A stretch of 64,000 nt of DNA, from NCBI GenBank assembly GCA_964621445.1, contig CAZUNO010000012.1, positions 1-64,000 of the forward strand, written 5' to 3'. This DNA is from Candidatus Hadarchaeota archaeon. Lineage in GTDB: Archaea > CAYQAE01 > CAYVLA01. Of the stretch, positions 10,702 to 20,254 are shown piece by piece. Position numbers and translations under genes: made by a program. Positions within the stretch are counted from its first letter, which is position 1. Each line of letters begins with the position of its first letter. The notes below the pieces were generated by a model. It was not told where the DNA came from. It ran no database searches and saw only the letters and a list, made by a program, of their open reading frames with translations.

Positions 10702-12031
10702 AATCGCGGAGCCAGTTCGATACACTCCGGCAATTCAGGAAAGAGATGTGGTAGTTGTGGGCGGAGGGCCTGCCGGAATAGCGGCTGCCGTGGCCTCCGC
10801 CCGAGCTGGAGCCGACACCCTGCTGGTGGAAAGATATGGGTTCCTGGGCGGAATGATGACCGCGGGATTGGTGAACTCCGTAAACGGTTTTAGAAATCAG
10901 GGAGACCCCTCCCCCCAGGCAGTTGCCGGAATTGCGCTTGAATTCGTGAAAAGGATGGAATCGTTGGGAGGGGCTTACCTCCCGGAGAAGGTCCCGTATT
11001 GCGTCATTATCGAGCCCGAGGCCGCCAAGAAGGTGGCCGTGGAGATGGTCCAGGAATCTGGAGCCTCGCTATTGGTGCACACCTTGGCCACCTCCCCGAT
11101 TAAGGAGGGGAATAAATGCTCGGGAGTGGTGGTTGAGAACAAATCCGGTAGAAGGGCCATTCCTGCCGATGTAGTTGTGGACTGCACTGGAGATGGTGAC
11201 ATGGCCGCGCGCTGCGGTGCCAGCTATCAAACCGGGAGATCTGATGATGGAAAAACTCTCCCAGCTCAGATGCTATTCAAGCTGGATTCGGTGGATCTTG
11301 ACGCTTTCTCGAACTGGGTATACAGGCACAAATCGGAACTCAAGCCCCTGTATGACATCGAGCCCCTGGATAAGGTACAGGAGGCGGCCATCGAGGGGAG
11401 ACCATTTGGCGTTTCCGGCTTGAAGATGGAGAGCCAGACCTTCTCATGTGTTACTTGGAGGGACTGGGCTCTTTTTTGGGCCACGGAGCCCGTGGTTATT
11501 GATGGTACTAGGGGGGATGGATTGTCAAAAGCGGAGGAGAAATCCAGGTCCCAGGTATGGAGCCTAGCGGAGAGTCTCAGGGAAATACCCGGATTCGAGA
11601 ATTCTCATCTCCAGCAGTCGGCCGTCCAGTTAGGAGTTAGGGAAACCCGAAGGATAACCGGCGAATACATAATCGATAAAGAAGATGTTCTGGAAGGGTC
11701 GACCTTTGAGGACTCCGTCGCCGTGGGGGCAAATCCAATGGCTTGCCTCGAGGAGAGGAGGATATTGAACCATCCGGGATTTGAGATACCGTTCAGGTGT
11801 CTGCTCCCGCGTGAGATCGAAGGTATCGTCACCGCCGGTCGTTGCATATCCACCACCCACGAAGCTCACGGCTCCACCAGAGCCATAGCAACTTGCATGG
11901 CAACTGGAGAAGCTAGCGGTGCGGCCGCATCGCTCTCAATCGGCTCCGGTGTCATTCCACGACACCTCAGCATACCAAAATTGAGAGAGCATCTAGGGTC
12001 GCAAGGAGCCATTATCAACGTTGTTAATTGA
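10685..12031 (+). CDS. FAD-dependent oxidoreductase (PF12831-like)
   Basis: DVVVVGGGPAG, ERYGFLGG, DCTGDGD, GVRETRR, AGRCIS. Frame stays open upstream of the GTG at 10748 to a probable ACG start at 10685. Confidence 0.85.
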   Translation, partial: TTRKVRIAEPVRYTPAIQERDVVVVGGGPAGIAAAVASARAGADTLLVERYGFLGGMMTAGLVNSVNGFRNQGDPSPQAVAGIALEFVKRMESLGGAYLPEKVPYCVIIEPEAAKKVAVEMVQESGASLLVHTLATSPIKEGNKCSGVVVENKSGRRAIPADVVVDCTGDGDMAARCGASYQTGRSDDGKTLPAQMLFKLDSVDLDAFSNWVYRHKSELKPLYDIEPLDKVQEAAIEGRPFGVSGLKMESQTFSCVTWRDWALFWATEPVVIDGTRGDGLSKAEEKSRSQVWSLAESLREIPGFENSHLQQSAVQLGVRETRRITGEYIIDKEDVLEGSTFEDSVAVGANPMACLEERRILNHPGFEIPFRCLLPREIEGIVTAGRCISTTHEAHGSTRAIATCMATGEASGAAASLSIGSGVIPRHLSIPKLREHLGSQGAIINVVN

Positions 12032-12059
12032 TTCATCACATTAACGCGTCTCAGGGAAT

Positions 12060-13349
12060 GTGCCTTTGGAATTTTATGGAGGAGCTCCATTGGAAGCTAA
12101 ACGCGTCCCCGTATCAAAGCATATGCTAATACCGGTTTTACTTCTACTCGCCCTGTCCCTAGGCTCCGCCAACGCCAAGGTCGATCAGGAGACCGGTTTG
12201 ATTCGAGTAATATCAATTGGAGAGTGTTTCCACCCCGAGACCCGCCTTCCCTACTTCCTTAGAGCGGATCCGAGAATAAGGTACCAGCCAGTTCCCACGA
12301 ATTGGTATGAAGGCACCTTTTCCGCCGTGGGCAGTTCCAGAGAGGACGCAGAGAAATTCCTTCGATTATACGTGCCACGCAACTATGAGCGCTTGATTGA
12401 ATCATATGACGTCATCCTCCTTTCGGATTTCGAGGTCGACATAATCAAGCCCTCCCTATTCGAATGGATGTCCAATGGCGTGGAGTTGGATGGTATGGGC
12501 ATCGGTAAGTATGAAATGAATTACGATCCATCCCACTGGCGGACATTCGATATATTCCGAGCTTCACCGCTTCACGAAGTCTTCCCAACCTTTCTGGTAA
12601 GTGGAAACGAGTTCTCAGGGATCGGAATTCGCGCCGTTGAGCTCTCGAGCACCGGAGATACATATCCCATATTTGACCTACCCAACATGCCTAACGGTCG
12701 TGTCCCGGTGGATATAGGAAGCGGGAAAGCAGGCTACGAGAGACCAAGACAGGGGTCAATGGTAATAGCGAGATATGTCCCCAACCGGGAACCGGCAATG
12801 ATCATCTGGGACTACGGCCTGGGAAGGGCCTTGAGCTGTGTGCCGGGACACGATACAATCGACTGGAGCCTCTCCGAGCACTGGCCATATACGGTTGACT
12901 TCTGGATTAACCAGGTGTGGTATCTAGCCAATCTGGAGATCTCCTTGGATATAGAGATACTGCACCAGTTAAGGGAAAACTCGATGTCCTACGCGATAGA
13001 GAGGGAGCTTGCCACCAGTTCCATTAACTTTGCGGAGAGGTTCGGGACTTCCACCGCATACCTCTATGAGAAGCTTTCCAAAGCGGATGAAATGAAGAAG
13101 GAAGCGGATCGCCTGTACCGGGAGAACCGGTACGAGGACAGCATGGAGAGGATTGAACAGGCATTTAGTGAGCTGGCCAGGATCGCTCAGGAGGCAGTTG
13201 AGGCCAAGAACACTGCCCTATTCTGGATATATGCCGTGGAATGGTTAGTGGTAACTGCTGCAGCGATGATTTCGGGATTTGCTCTATGGTCATTGATGAT
13301 TAAAAGGAGATTGTACTCTAGGGTTGAGATCACCCGGGCCAAGAATTGA
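12060..13349 (+). CDS. Membrane-anchored extracellular protein, GATase-1-like fold (paralog 1)
   Basis: Signal peptide, RLYVPRNYERL..YDVILLSD, WDYGLGR, helical region, C-terminal TM ALFWIYAVEW...KRRLY. Confidence 0.7.
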   Translation: MPLEFYGGAPLEAKRVPVSKHMLIPVLLLLALSLGSANAKVDQETGLIRVISIGECFHPETRLPYFLRADPRIRYQPVPTNWYEGTFSAVGSSREDAEKFLRLYVPRNYERLIESYDVILLSDFEVDIIKPSLFEWMSNGVELDGMGIGKYEMNYDPSHWRTFDIFRASPLHEVFPTFLVSGNEFSGIGIRAVELSSTGDTYPIFDLPNMPNGRVPVDIGSGKAGYERPRQGSMVIARYVPNREPAMIIWDYGLGRALSCVPGHDTIDWSLSEHWPYTVDFWINQVWYLANLEISLDIEILHQLRENSMSYAIERELATSSINFAERFGTSTAYLYEKLSKADEMKKEADRLYRENRYEDSMERIEQAFSELARIAQEAVEAKNTALFWIYAVEWLVVTAAAMISGFALWSLMIKRRLYSRVEITRAKN

Positions 13350-13440
13350 TGAAAAATGGATCCATCAATCGGCTAAAGACCGAAGATATACTTTGGCTTC
13401 AATTTTATTAAGGAAAAAAGCAATTCTGTAAAGGGAAAAG

Positions 13441-14679
13441 ATGGGATCCCGATATCTACACCTTCTAGTTATCGCACTGACCATCAGCTATATCACCAGT
13501 GCAGTGGCTCAGGAAAAACCAAGGATCATCAAGGTGATAGGAACAGGAAAGGCCCAGAGCACACCGATACTTGCCTCCTGGTTCACCGCCGAGCCCTCAA
13601 CAGATGCCATAATATTCCCAACTAGAATTTACGGAGACATAACCTCCACCGATATCAAGAGACTGATGCGTATATACTTCCCACGCACATACAGGGACCT
13701 ACTCAATTACGAGTTCTATTTCATGGCCCAGGTGGAAATGCAATTCATCGGTCCCAAGCAAGAGAAATGGATATACGACGCCTTGACCGAAGGCCAGAAG
13801 GGCGCGGTAAACACCAGAAGCGTGATGAGCCAAGCCAAGCGCCGGAGCATTCCCTGGCGTGACAGCATAATCTCCGATGCATTCCCCAATGACGCACCTG
13901 CAGTCATTTCAAGCATCGATAAAAGGGAACCGGGCAAGCTGGTGATTAAGGACGAGCCAGATATCCCTAATATCATGAAAGCCTTCAAGGAACCGATAGA
14001 GGCCATTTTCCCCCAGTATGGCGGCCTGATTACAATTCCCAAACCGGGCTCTGTCATTCTATCCTACACCCAAAATAACGCCGGCCTCGGTCACCCCATC
14101 CCGGGACAGGTGGCCCACGTCTTCTACTGGCGATGGAATAGGTCGATAACCTTCACCTTCCAGGATATGGTCTATAACAGGTTCTGGAGTACCTTATACT
14201 CCACCGGGCAGGGAAACCCATACGCCCTTGACATCATCGCCAATATCGTTTGGTTCAGCACAGGGAGGGAAATCCCCAGGGATTCCTACAAAGTTCATGA
14301 TTTCAGGAGAAGTATGTACGAATTCCAAATTAAGAAAAACCTCCTGGTAAGTCTTCTGGATTTCGCCGAAAAATACGGCGCCAACCCCTCCGATGAATAT
14401 GACCAACTTGACCAGGCAGAATCAACCAAAACCACTGCAGCTAACTCCTACCTGGACGGAGATTTCGACATGGCCTATGATGAGATCCAGAATGCCTTAA
14501 GCAGGATGGCTGAAATAGAGGAGAAAGCTGCAGAACTGAAAGACCGAGCTCTGTTCTGGATCTATGTAGTGGAATGGATTGTCACAACCGGAATTTCCCT
14601 GTTTGCAGGTTTCATCCTATGGACCCTGATGATCCGACGCGCGCTCTACAGGGAAGTTGGGCAGACTCGTGCTTTCTAG
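13441..14679 (+). CDS. Membrane-anchored extracellular protein (paralog 2)
   Basis: Signal peptide, MRIYFPRTYRDL, FAEKYGA, ALFWIYVVEW...RRALYREV, shared with 12060 and 51730. Confidence 0.7.
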   Translation: MGSRYLHLLVIALTISYITSAVAQEKPRIIKVIGTGKAQSTPILASWFTAEPSTDAIIFPTRIYGDITSTDIKRLMRIYFPRTYRDLLNYEFYFMAQVEMQFIGPKQEKWIYDALTEGQKGAVNTRSVMSQAKRRSIPWRDSIISDAFPNDAPAVISSIDKREPGKLVIKDEPDIPNIMKAFKEPIEAIFPQYGGLITIPKPGSVILSYTQNNAGLGHPIPGQVAHVFYWRWNRSITFTFQDMVYNRFWSTLYSTGQGNPYALDIIANIVWFSTGREIPRDSYKVHDFRRSMYEFQIKKNLLVSLLDFAEKYGANPSDEYDQLDQAESTKTTAANSYLDGDFDMAYDEIQNALSRMAEIEEKAAELKDRALFWIYVVEWIVTTGISLFAGFILWTLMIRRALYREVGQTRAF

Positions 14680-14851
14680 GTGTACTAACAAAACTGCACC
14701 TAACGCCTAAATATTTCAACTTTCTTGGCTTCATGGCCAGTTTGATAAGATATATTTATATTGAATTCCATGTGAATAATATTAGGTAATAAAGGGAGCC
14801 CTAGCTTTTATTTTACACGGGTTTCATCTACCCATTCTTTGGGTGTGCCAA

Positions 14852-15145
14852 ATGGTTGAACGATCAAGAGGATCGAGGTCAAAAACGAGAAGCAAGCTCT
14901 CAAAGAGAATCCGGGAAAAGGGAATGCCTAGAATACGGAGGGTTACTCAGGAATTCAGTCCAGGAGACCTTGTACACATAAAGCTCGACCCATCCGTTCA
15001 TAACGGCATGCCCCATCCAAGATTCCACGGACGTACGGGAGTAGTAACCGAAAAAAGGGGCCGGGCTTACGTAGTCCAAATAACAGATGGGAACAAAAAG
15101 AAGAAGGTCATAGTTGTCCCTGAACACATGCTCCCACAGAGGTGA
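14852..15145 (+). CDS. rpl21e: 50S ribosomal protein L21e
   Basis: SRGSRSKTRSKL, GMPHPRFHGRTG, PEH. Confidence 0.96.
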   Translation: MVERSRGSRSKTRSKLSKRIREKGMPRIRRVTQEFSPGDLVHIKLDPSVHNGMPHPRFHGRTGVVTEKRGRAYVVQITDGNKKKKVIVVPEHMLPQR

Positions 15146-15152
15146 TTTTCTC

Positions 15153-15656
15153 ATGCTTGCCAAGGAAACCCTATCCGAGAGGTATGTCACCACGTCAGAG
15201 GTCAAGGAGATACTGAAGAATAGGTCAGAGGACGATGAACTCAGATATGAACAGCGCACTGCATTGGATTATGCCACCAGATTCTCCAGGGCATCCGCAG
15301 ATGAAGCGAGAGGTATAGTGAATAGACTGGTTAACGAAATCGACGGCGTGAAGGAGCACCAAGCGGTGATGATAGTCAACCTACTTCCCGTGGATGAAGA
15401 TGACCTCGAGCTGATATTCGCCAAGGAGAGAATCCGTCTCGATCAGGACAAAATCGATTCCATCATGGAAATCGCCAATAGCACGCAGTTAATTGAACTG
15501 TCTGAGATCGAATCAGAGCTGGAGAAAAATCGGGTTGTAGAAGAGGAGACGGAAGAAGCTGAAGAAGAGGGCACAGAGAGCCAGGCGGAAGAGGAAATCG
15601 AGGAGAGCCAGGAGAATAGCGAGGAACAGCCCGAAGAGGCTGATGAGTCCAAGTAG
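15153..15656 (+). CDS. rpoF: RNA polymerase subunit Rpo4 (F) with acidic C-terminal tail
   Basis: YEQRTALDYATRF, IVNLLP..EDDL..IFAKE; conserved position after rpl21e; GGTGA RBS before ATG 15153. Confidence 0.9.
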   Translation: MLAKETLSERYVTTSEVKEILKNRSEDDELRYEQRTALDYATRFSRASADEARGIVNRLVNEIDGVKEHQAVMIVNLLPVDEDDLELIFAKERIRLDQDKIDSIMEIANSTQLIELSEIESELEKNRVVEEETEEAEEEGTESQAEEEIEESQENSEEQPEEADESK

Positions 15657-15671
15657 ATTCGGGGGATCTAG

Positions 15672-16229
15672 ATGTATGAGAAATATGCCTATGTCTTAGA
15701 CTACCTTAAGGAAGGGTATCCAGAAGATGACAGGCCCAGCTATCTGAAAGAACCCATACTTCAGCTGATTGGGGAGGAAAGATTCACTCTTCTTGAAGCA
15801 ACGCCGAAGCCAAAAGCCAAGATGAATGTCTACGATAGGGTTTTCGTAGGTAAAGAGGGCAGGAAAAAGATCGGCTTCATCAAGCGGCGTATTGCCAGTC
15901 AAGACCTCACCTCCGCGGCGAAGGTAGAGTTGCCCTATGTAGTGGACAAAATAGTGGAGGAGAGGGAGGATGATTTCGTGGAATGGTTCAACAAAGCCCC
16001 CTCCCTTACCACAAGGATGCACTCCCTTGAACTCTTACCCGGTATCGGGAAGAAGATAATGTGGGAAATACTGGACGAAAGAAAGAAAAAGCCCTTTCAA
16101 TCGTTCCAGGATATCGCGGATAGGATAAACCTGGTCTCCGACCCGAAAAAATCCATCGTAAAGAAGATCCTTTCCGAGATACAAGAGGAGGACAAGTACT
16201 TTCTTTTCGCTAACGTTATGAGGAAGTGA
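15672..16229 (+). CDS. DUF655 putative RNA-binding HhH protein
   Basis: AYVLDYL, FTLLE, RMHSLELLPGIGKK; conserved rpoF-DUF655-ksgA order. Confidence 0.92.
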   Translation: MYEKYAYVLDYLKEGYPEDDRPSYLKEPILQLIGEERFTLLEATPKPKAKMNVYDRVFVGKEGRKKIGFIKRRIASQDLTSAAKVELPYVVDKIVEEREDDFVEWFNKAPSLTTRMHSLELLPGIGKKIMWEILDERKKKPFQSFQDIADRINLVSDPKKSIVKKILSEIQEEDKYFLFANVMRK

Positions 16230-16233
16230 GCAC

Positions 16234-17025
16234 ATCAAGAAGACGGCCGACCTTCGGCCAAAAAGGGAATTGGATCAATACTTCTTGACCGATAGACACT
16301 TTCTCCTATCTGAGGTTAGATTGGCCTCCCTCGAAGAGTCGGACACGGTTCTGGAAGTTGGGAGCGGAGACGGCAGGCTAACAGAACTAATAGCTGAAAG
16401 GGCTGGGAAGGTCATTGCAGTCGAACTAGACGACTCCCTAGCAGCCCATTTATCCAAAACGGCGCCGGAAAACGTCAAGGTCCTGAATCAGGATATACTA
16501 ACGGCCGATCTTTCCCATTTCAATAAAGTAATGGGAAACGTGCCTTATTCCATATCCTCTCCCTTGATTTTTCGTCTGCTGGAGCATGACTTTGAACTTG
16601 GAGTTCTTGCCTTCCAATATGAATTTGCCCTCCGTCTGTGTGCTAGGCCTGGATCCTCGGATTACTCGAGAATATCGGCCATGCTCGGTCTAATGACAAC
16701 AAAGGTCAAGTTGGCCCTCAAGATTCCAAGGAAAGCATTCTACCCGGTGCCAAATGTGGATTCCGCGGCTGTTCTTCTTTATCCTGACCCGGATGCAGAT
16801 CCCCCTGACGAAACCTGCAGAGAGATAATCAGGATGTTGTTCTGCCATAAAAAGAAAAAGGTAAAAAATGCGATCGAGGATTCGGAGAGGGACTTAAGGA
16901 AGACCTTCGGCATCGCACCGGATATGGTTTTGAATGCCCTGGAAGTCGATTTGGAGGGGCGGGTCTTTCGTATGGGTCCCGAGGAGCTCAGGTCCGCGTG
17001 TCGTTCACTGGAAGAGATCCTCTAA
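16234..17025 (+). CDS. rsmA: 16S rRNA m6,6A dimethyltransferase KsgA/RsmA
   Basis: RPKRELDQYFL, LEVGSGDG, NVPYSISS, FYPVPNVDSA. Start uncertain (see findings). Confidence 0.92.
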   Translation: MKKTADLRPKRELDQYFLTDRHFLLSEVRLASLEESDTVLEVGSGDGRLTELIAERAGKVIAVELDDSLAAHLSKTAPENVKVLNQDILTADLSHFNKVMGNVPYSISSPLIFRLLEHDFELGVLAFQYEFALRLCARPGSSDYSRISAMLGLMTTKVKLALKIPRKAFYPVPNVDSAAVLLYPDPDADPPDETCREIIRMLFCHKKKKVKNAIEDSERDLRKTFGIAPDMVLNALEVDLEGRVFRMGPEELRSACRSLEEIL

Positions 17026-17231
17026 GGGGGTTTCATCCAATGGAGACCGAATGCGTTCCACAATTTTTCCTAGCATCTAACGTATAATTTAGTGAGCTGG
17101 ATCTCGAGATGTGGGAGAGTAGATCGTCGGATATCGGGAAATGACCCGATTTCAACTTCCCCTCCATTTTCATTAACAGGGTCATGACTCGATGAAAGAA
17201 TATAATATGAGGCTTGACAGCTAGAAAGTGA

Positions 17232-18743
17232 GTGGTCGTGAGCTCCATGGAAGGAGAACGAGATATCCTTAGAAGAGGTAGATTTGATGGGGAACAGAAT
17301 CGCTCTGCCCTGCAGTTCCTGTCCTCCAAAGAGCAAGACCGCAACATACTGGAAGCCGATATCTGGGTAGACAAAGCTCACACACTCATGCTTCACAGAA
17401 AAGGCATAATTGGATCCGAGGAAGCTGGGCCAATTCTTAGGGCTTTATCAAAAATCGAAAGCGAGCCCTGGAAGGACCTTTCCAAGGGAGAATATGAAGA
17501 TGTACATGTTCTTCTGGAAAGCAGGATCATAGATATAGTTGGGGAAGAAGCGGGTGGGAGACTTCACACGGCCAGGTCCAGGAATGATGAGGTGGCTACC
17601 TGTATCAGAATCGCCCTCCGATGGCGTATCCTGGAAACCATGGATCTCCTGCTCAAATTGGTGGAAAAGTTCGTGGACATCTCAGAAAAGCACCTGGAAA
17701 CGGTGATGCCTGGCTATACCCATCTTCAACATGCACAACCGACCACCCTGGCCCATCATATTCTATCGCACGCCTTTGCCCTCCAACGTGACATCACTCG
17801 GCTAATTTCATGCTATGAACGGCTGAATCTCAGTCCGCTGGGATCAGGGGCCATGGCCTGCACAACCTATGATATAGATCCTGTTTTTTCAGCTGAACTA
17901 ATGGCGTTTGATGGAGTTATTGAGAACTCGATGGACGCGGTTTCCTCGAGGGATCACATATTGGAGGTCCTCTCATGCCTATCGATTCTCGGCGTAAACC
18001 TCAGCCGGCTTCTTGAGGAAATAATTCTGTGGAGTTCAACTGAATTTGGATTTGTAAAGCTGGCTGACGAGTACTCATCGACCAGTTCCATAATGCCTCA
18101 GAAGAGAAATCCGGACCTGGCTGAACTTTCGAGGGCCCGGATTTCAACCTTGATGGGATCTCTATTCTCATCTCTGACCATCTGCAAGGCCTTGCCACAA
18201 TCCTATAATCGTGACCTTCAGGAAGTAAACGCTCATCTCTGGTCCGCCACTGATATAGTAAAAGGAATATTATCGCTTACATCCGGGCTGTTTTCAACCC
18301 TTACAATCGATGAACGGGCCCTCCAAGAAGCTGCTGGTAAGGGCTTTCCCTGGGCAACGGACTTAGCCGACTTCATCGTTCAAAATTTTGATATTCCATT
18401 TAGAACTGCGCACACGCTGGTGGCCACGCTAACCAAGGAACTAAATGATCAGGCGGGTCCCTCCGAAATCCGCCGGCAATTGGTGAATTCTTCCTCTAAA
18501 ATCCTGGGCAAGGAAATAAAACCAGGGAACCAAGAACTACAGGAAATTCTGGACCCCGATACCTCCATACGTCGCAAACGAGGAAATGGTCCCTCCCCGA
18601 AATCAACTGGAGTAATGATAGAGGAAATTAGAAAAAGCCAGAAATCAAACCTGGAATGGCTCGAGAAGAGGGAGCTGGCCATAAACCAGGCAAAGGAAAG
18701 AGTATCATCTTTACAGGAAAGACTTGAATCAGAGGAGGCTTAG
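17232..18743 (+). CDS. argH: Argininosuccinate lyase
   Basis: HTARSRNDE, MPGYTHLQHAQP, SSIMPQKRNPD, YNRDLQE. Confidence 0.96.
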   Translation: MVVSSMEGERDILRRGRFDGEQNRSALQFLSSKEQDRNILEADIWVDKAHTLMLHRKGIIGSEEAGPILRALSKIESEPWKDLSKGEYEDVHVLLESRIIDIVGEEAGGRLHTARSRNDEVATCIRIALRWRILETMDLLLKLVEKFVDISEKHLETVMPGYTHLQHAQPTTLAHHILSHAFALQRDITRLISCYERLNLSPLGSGAMACTTYDIDPVFSAELMAFDGVIENSMDAVSSRDHILEVLSCLSILGVNLSRLLEEIILWSSTEFGFVKLADEYSSTSSIMPQKRNPDLAELSRARISTLMGSLFSSLTICKALPQSYNRDLQEVNAHLWSATDIVKGILSLTSGLFSTLTIDERALQEAAGKGFPWATDLADFIVQNFDIPFRTAHTLVATLTKELNDQAGPSEIRRQLVNSSSKILGKEIKPGNQELQEILDPDTSIRRKRGNGPSPKSTGVMIEEIRKSQKSNLEWLEKRELAINQAKERVSSLQERLESEEA

Positions 18744-19610
18744 GTGCTGTCGGTGAATATCGGACCAGGGGAAGGTAAATCCGAAAGGGCAGATAAGTAC
18801 ATATCCATGGCCGAGAGCCTACTTTCCCAGTCCATCACCCTCATAGATGATGAAATAGCAGATAAAGCCGGGCGATATATCGATGATGCCAGATATTTCC
18901 TCGAAGATGGGGATACTGACACTGCATTAGCTGCGGCAAGCTATTCATATGGACTCCTGAATGGGGCGATCTCCCAGAATCGAAATGGGATGAAATCCCT
19001 AGGAAAGACCGTTTTGGGCAATATATACTCAAATCAAATCTCTCGCGATCAGGATATCTCCAGCCCCTGCGGGATGGAAGCCATCGAGCCGCAACTGGAG
19101 CTTAGGGTCATCCACCAACTTCAAGAGGAGGGCCTGCTAACTAAGGATTCCGAGCCGCTCCTGACCAAAGAGGGAAGATCCGAGATCAGAGTGGGGTTAG
19201 CAGGCGGAGTTTTTGACCTTATCCATCCCGGACATATGGCCTTTCTGGAATGGTGCAAGGACCAGGTTGATGTCCTTATTGTGGTTGTAGCCCGTGGTCC
19301 CTCCTCGGAAGATCGGAAAGGAAGAATACCCGTACAACCAAACCATGATAGGCTCAATGTGGTCAGCCAGCTGAAACCGGTGGATTGTGCATGTCTCGGT
19401 AACAAAAATAATTTGTTCGAACCAGTTTCCAGAATACGCCCTGAAGTTATTTTTTTGGGCAGGGACCAGGACCTGGACGCGGATTTTCTCAGGAAAGAGC
19501 TGGATGAGAGGAACTTGAAAACCAGAATTGTGAGGAGTGAGATCTGGGATTCGGGTGAGCTATCCAAGACCACCAGAATAATAGGGGAAATAAGAAGGCG
19601 ACTTTCATGA
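18744..19610 (+). CDS. ribL: DUF357 domain fused to FAD synthase-like cytidylyltransferase
   Basis: N-terminal YIDDARYFLEDGD...ALAAASYSYGLL (DUF357); C-terminal GGVFDLIHPGH, VVVAR, LGRDQ, KTTRII. Confidence 0.75.
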   Translation: MLSVNIGPGEGKSERADKYISMAESLLSQSITLIDDEIADKAGRYIDDARYFLEDGDTDTALAAASYSYGLLNGAISQNRNGMKSLGKTVLGNIYSNQISRDQDISSPCGMEAIEPQLELRVIHQLQEEGLLTKDSEPLLTKEGRSEIRVGLAGGVFDLIHPGHMAFLEWCKDQVDVLIVVVARGPSSEDRKGRIPVQPNHDRLNVVSQLKPVDCACLGNKNNLFEPVSRIRPEVIFLGRDQDLDADFLRKELDERNLKTRIVRSEIWDSGELSKTTRIIGEIRRRLS

Positions 19611-20252
19611 AAGCGGAAGGAGGGTCAACCTTACCATATCCCCATCATCGAGATCCAGCGTTTCCCGAAGATTTTGCGGTGATATGACCTCCAGTACATC
19701 CCGTGGGTAATGGGTCCTCTCCGGGAGGAAGATCGCTCCTCTAACCCCGCTTTCAATATCTACGGGATAACACCTGCCACCTCCGAAGGACCGGTCGCCG
19801 GTCTGGAATTTTTCGATGGAAACAGCATCCCTGGAAGATAGGTCCTCGACCACGGAGGGGGAAACCCGTAGGTTTAAGGTCCCCGGAAAGGGATCGAATC
19901 CCAGTTTTTCCCTAAATTGACTCCGGTATCCCTCCCTGCTAATGTAATATCTCCCCTCACCAACCCCGGTAAAAACCCTCCCCTCGATGACCCGGCCCTC
20001 GAATATCCGGGAGAGCAAATGGCATGTCTCGATAAGTCGGCTCATTCCCTTAGGCGTGATCCTCACCTCCTTCCCCTTTCCCTCCATCCGTCTTTCTATG
20101 AGACCCCGGTCTTCCATGAAACCCATGAGCCTACTTGCCGTCTGCTGAGATTTGCCTATTGCCTCCCCCATCTCGGTGGTTGACACTTTGATGAAGCGTT
20201 TATCGCACCCCCGAGCCGCGAGTTCCATCAAACAGGAAAGTTCTTCTCCCAT
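19605..20252 (-). CDS. ribK: CTP-dependent riboflavin kinase with N-terminal wHTH
   Basis: SQQTASR HTH, GVGEGRYY, FPGTLNL, PERTHY, LEVIS. Real start is probably MGEELS (ATG 20252). Confidence 0.92.
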   Translation of the reverse strand: MGEELSCLMELAARGCDKRFIKVSTTEMGEAIGKSQQTASRLMGFMEDRGLIERRMEGKGKEVRITPKGMSRLIETCHLLSRIFEGRVIEGRVFTGVGEGRYYISREGYRSQFREKLGFDPFPGTLNLRVSPSVVEDLSSRDAVSIEKFQTGDRSFGGGRCYPVDIESGVRGAIFLPERTHYPRDVLEVISPQNLRETLDLDDGDMVRLTLLPLS

Positions 20253-20254
20253 TT

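Noticed and set aside
10736-10750. Frameshift at the 5' end of the FAD oxidoreductase
   Set aside because: Recounting shows CAG-GAA-AGA-GAT-GTG is in frame; only the start codon is unusual.
17033-17396. Minus-strand ORFs between ksgA and argH
   Set aside because: They overlap the argH 5' end and promoter and have no recognisable features.
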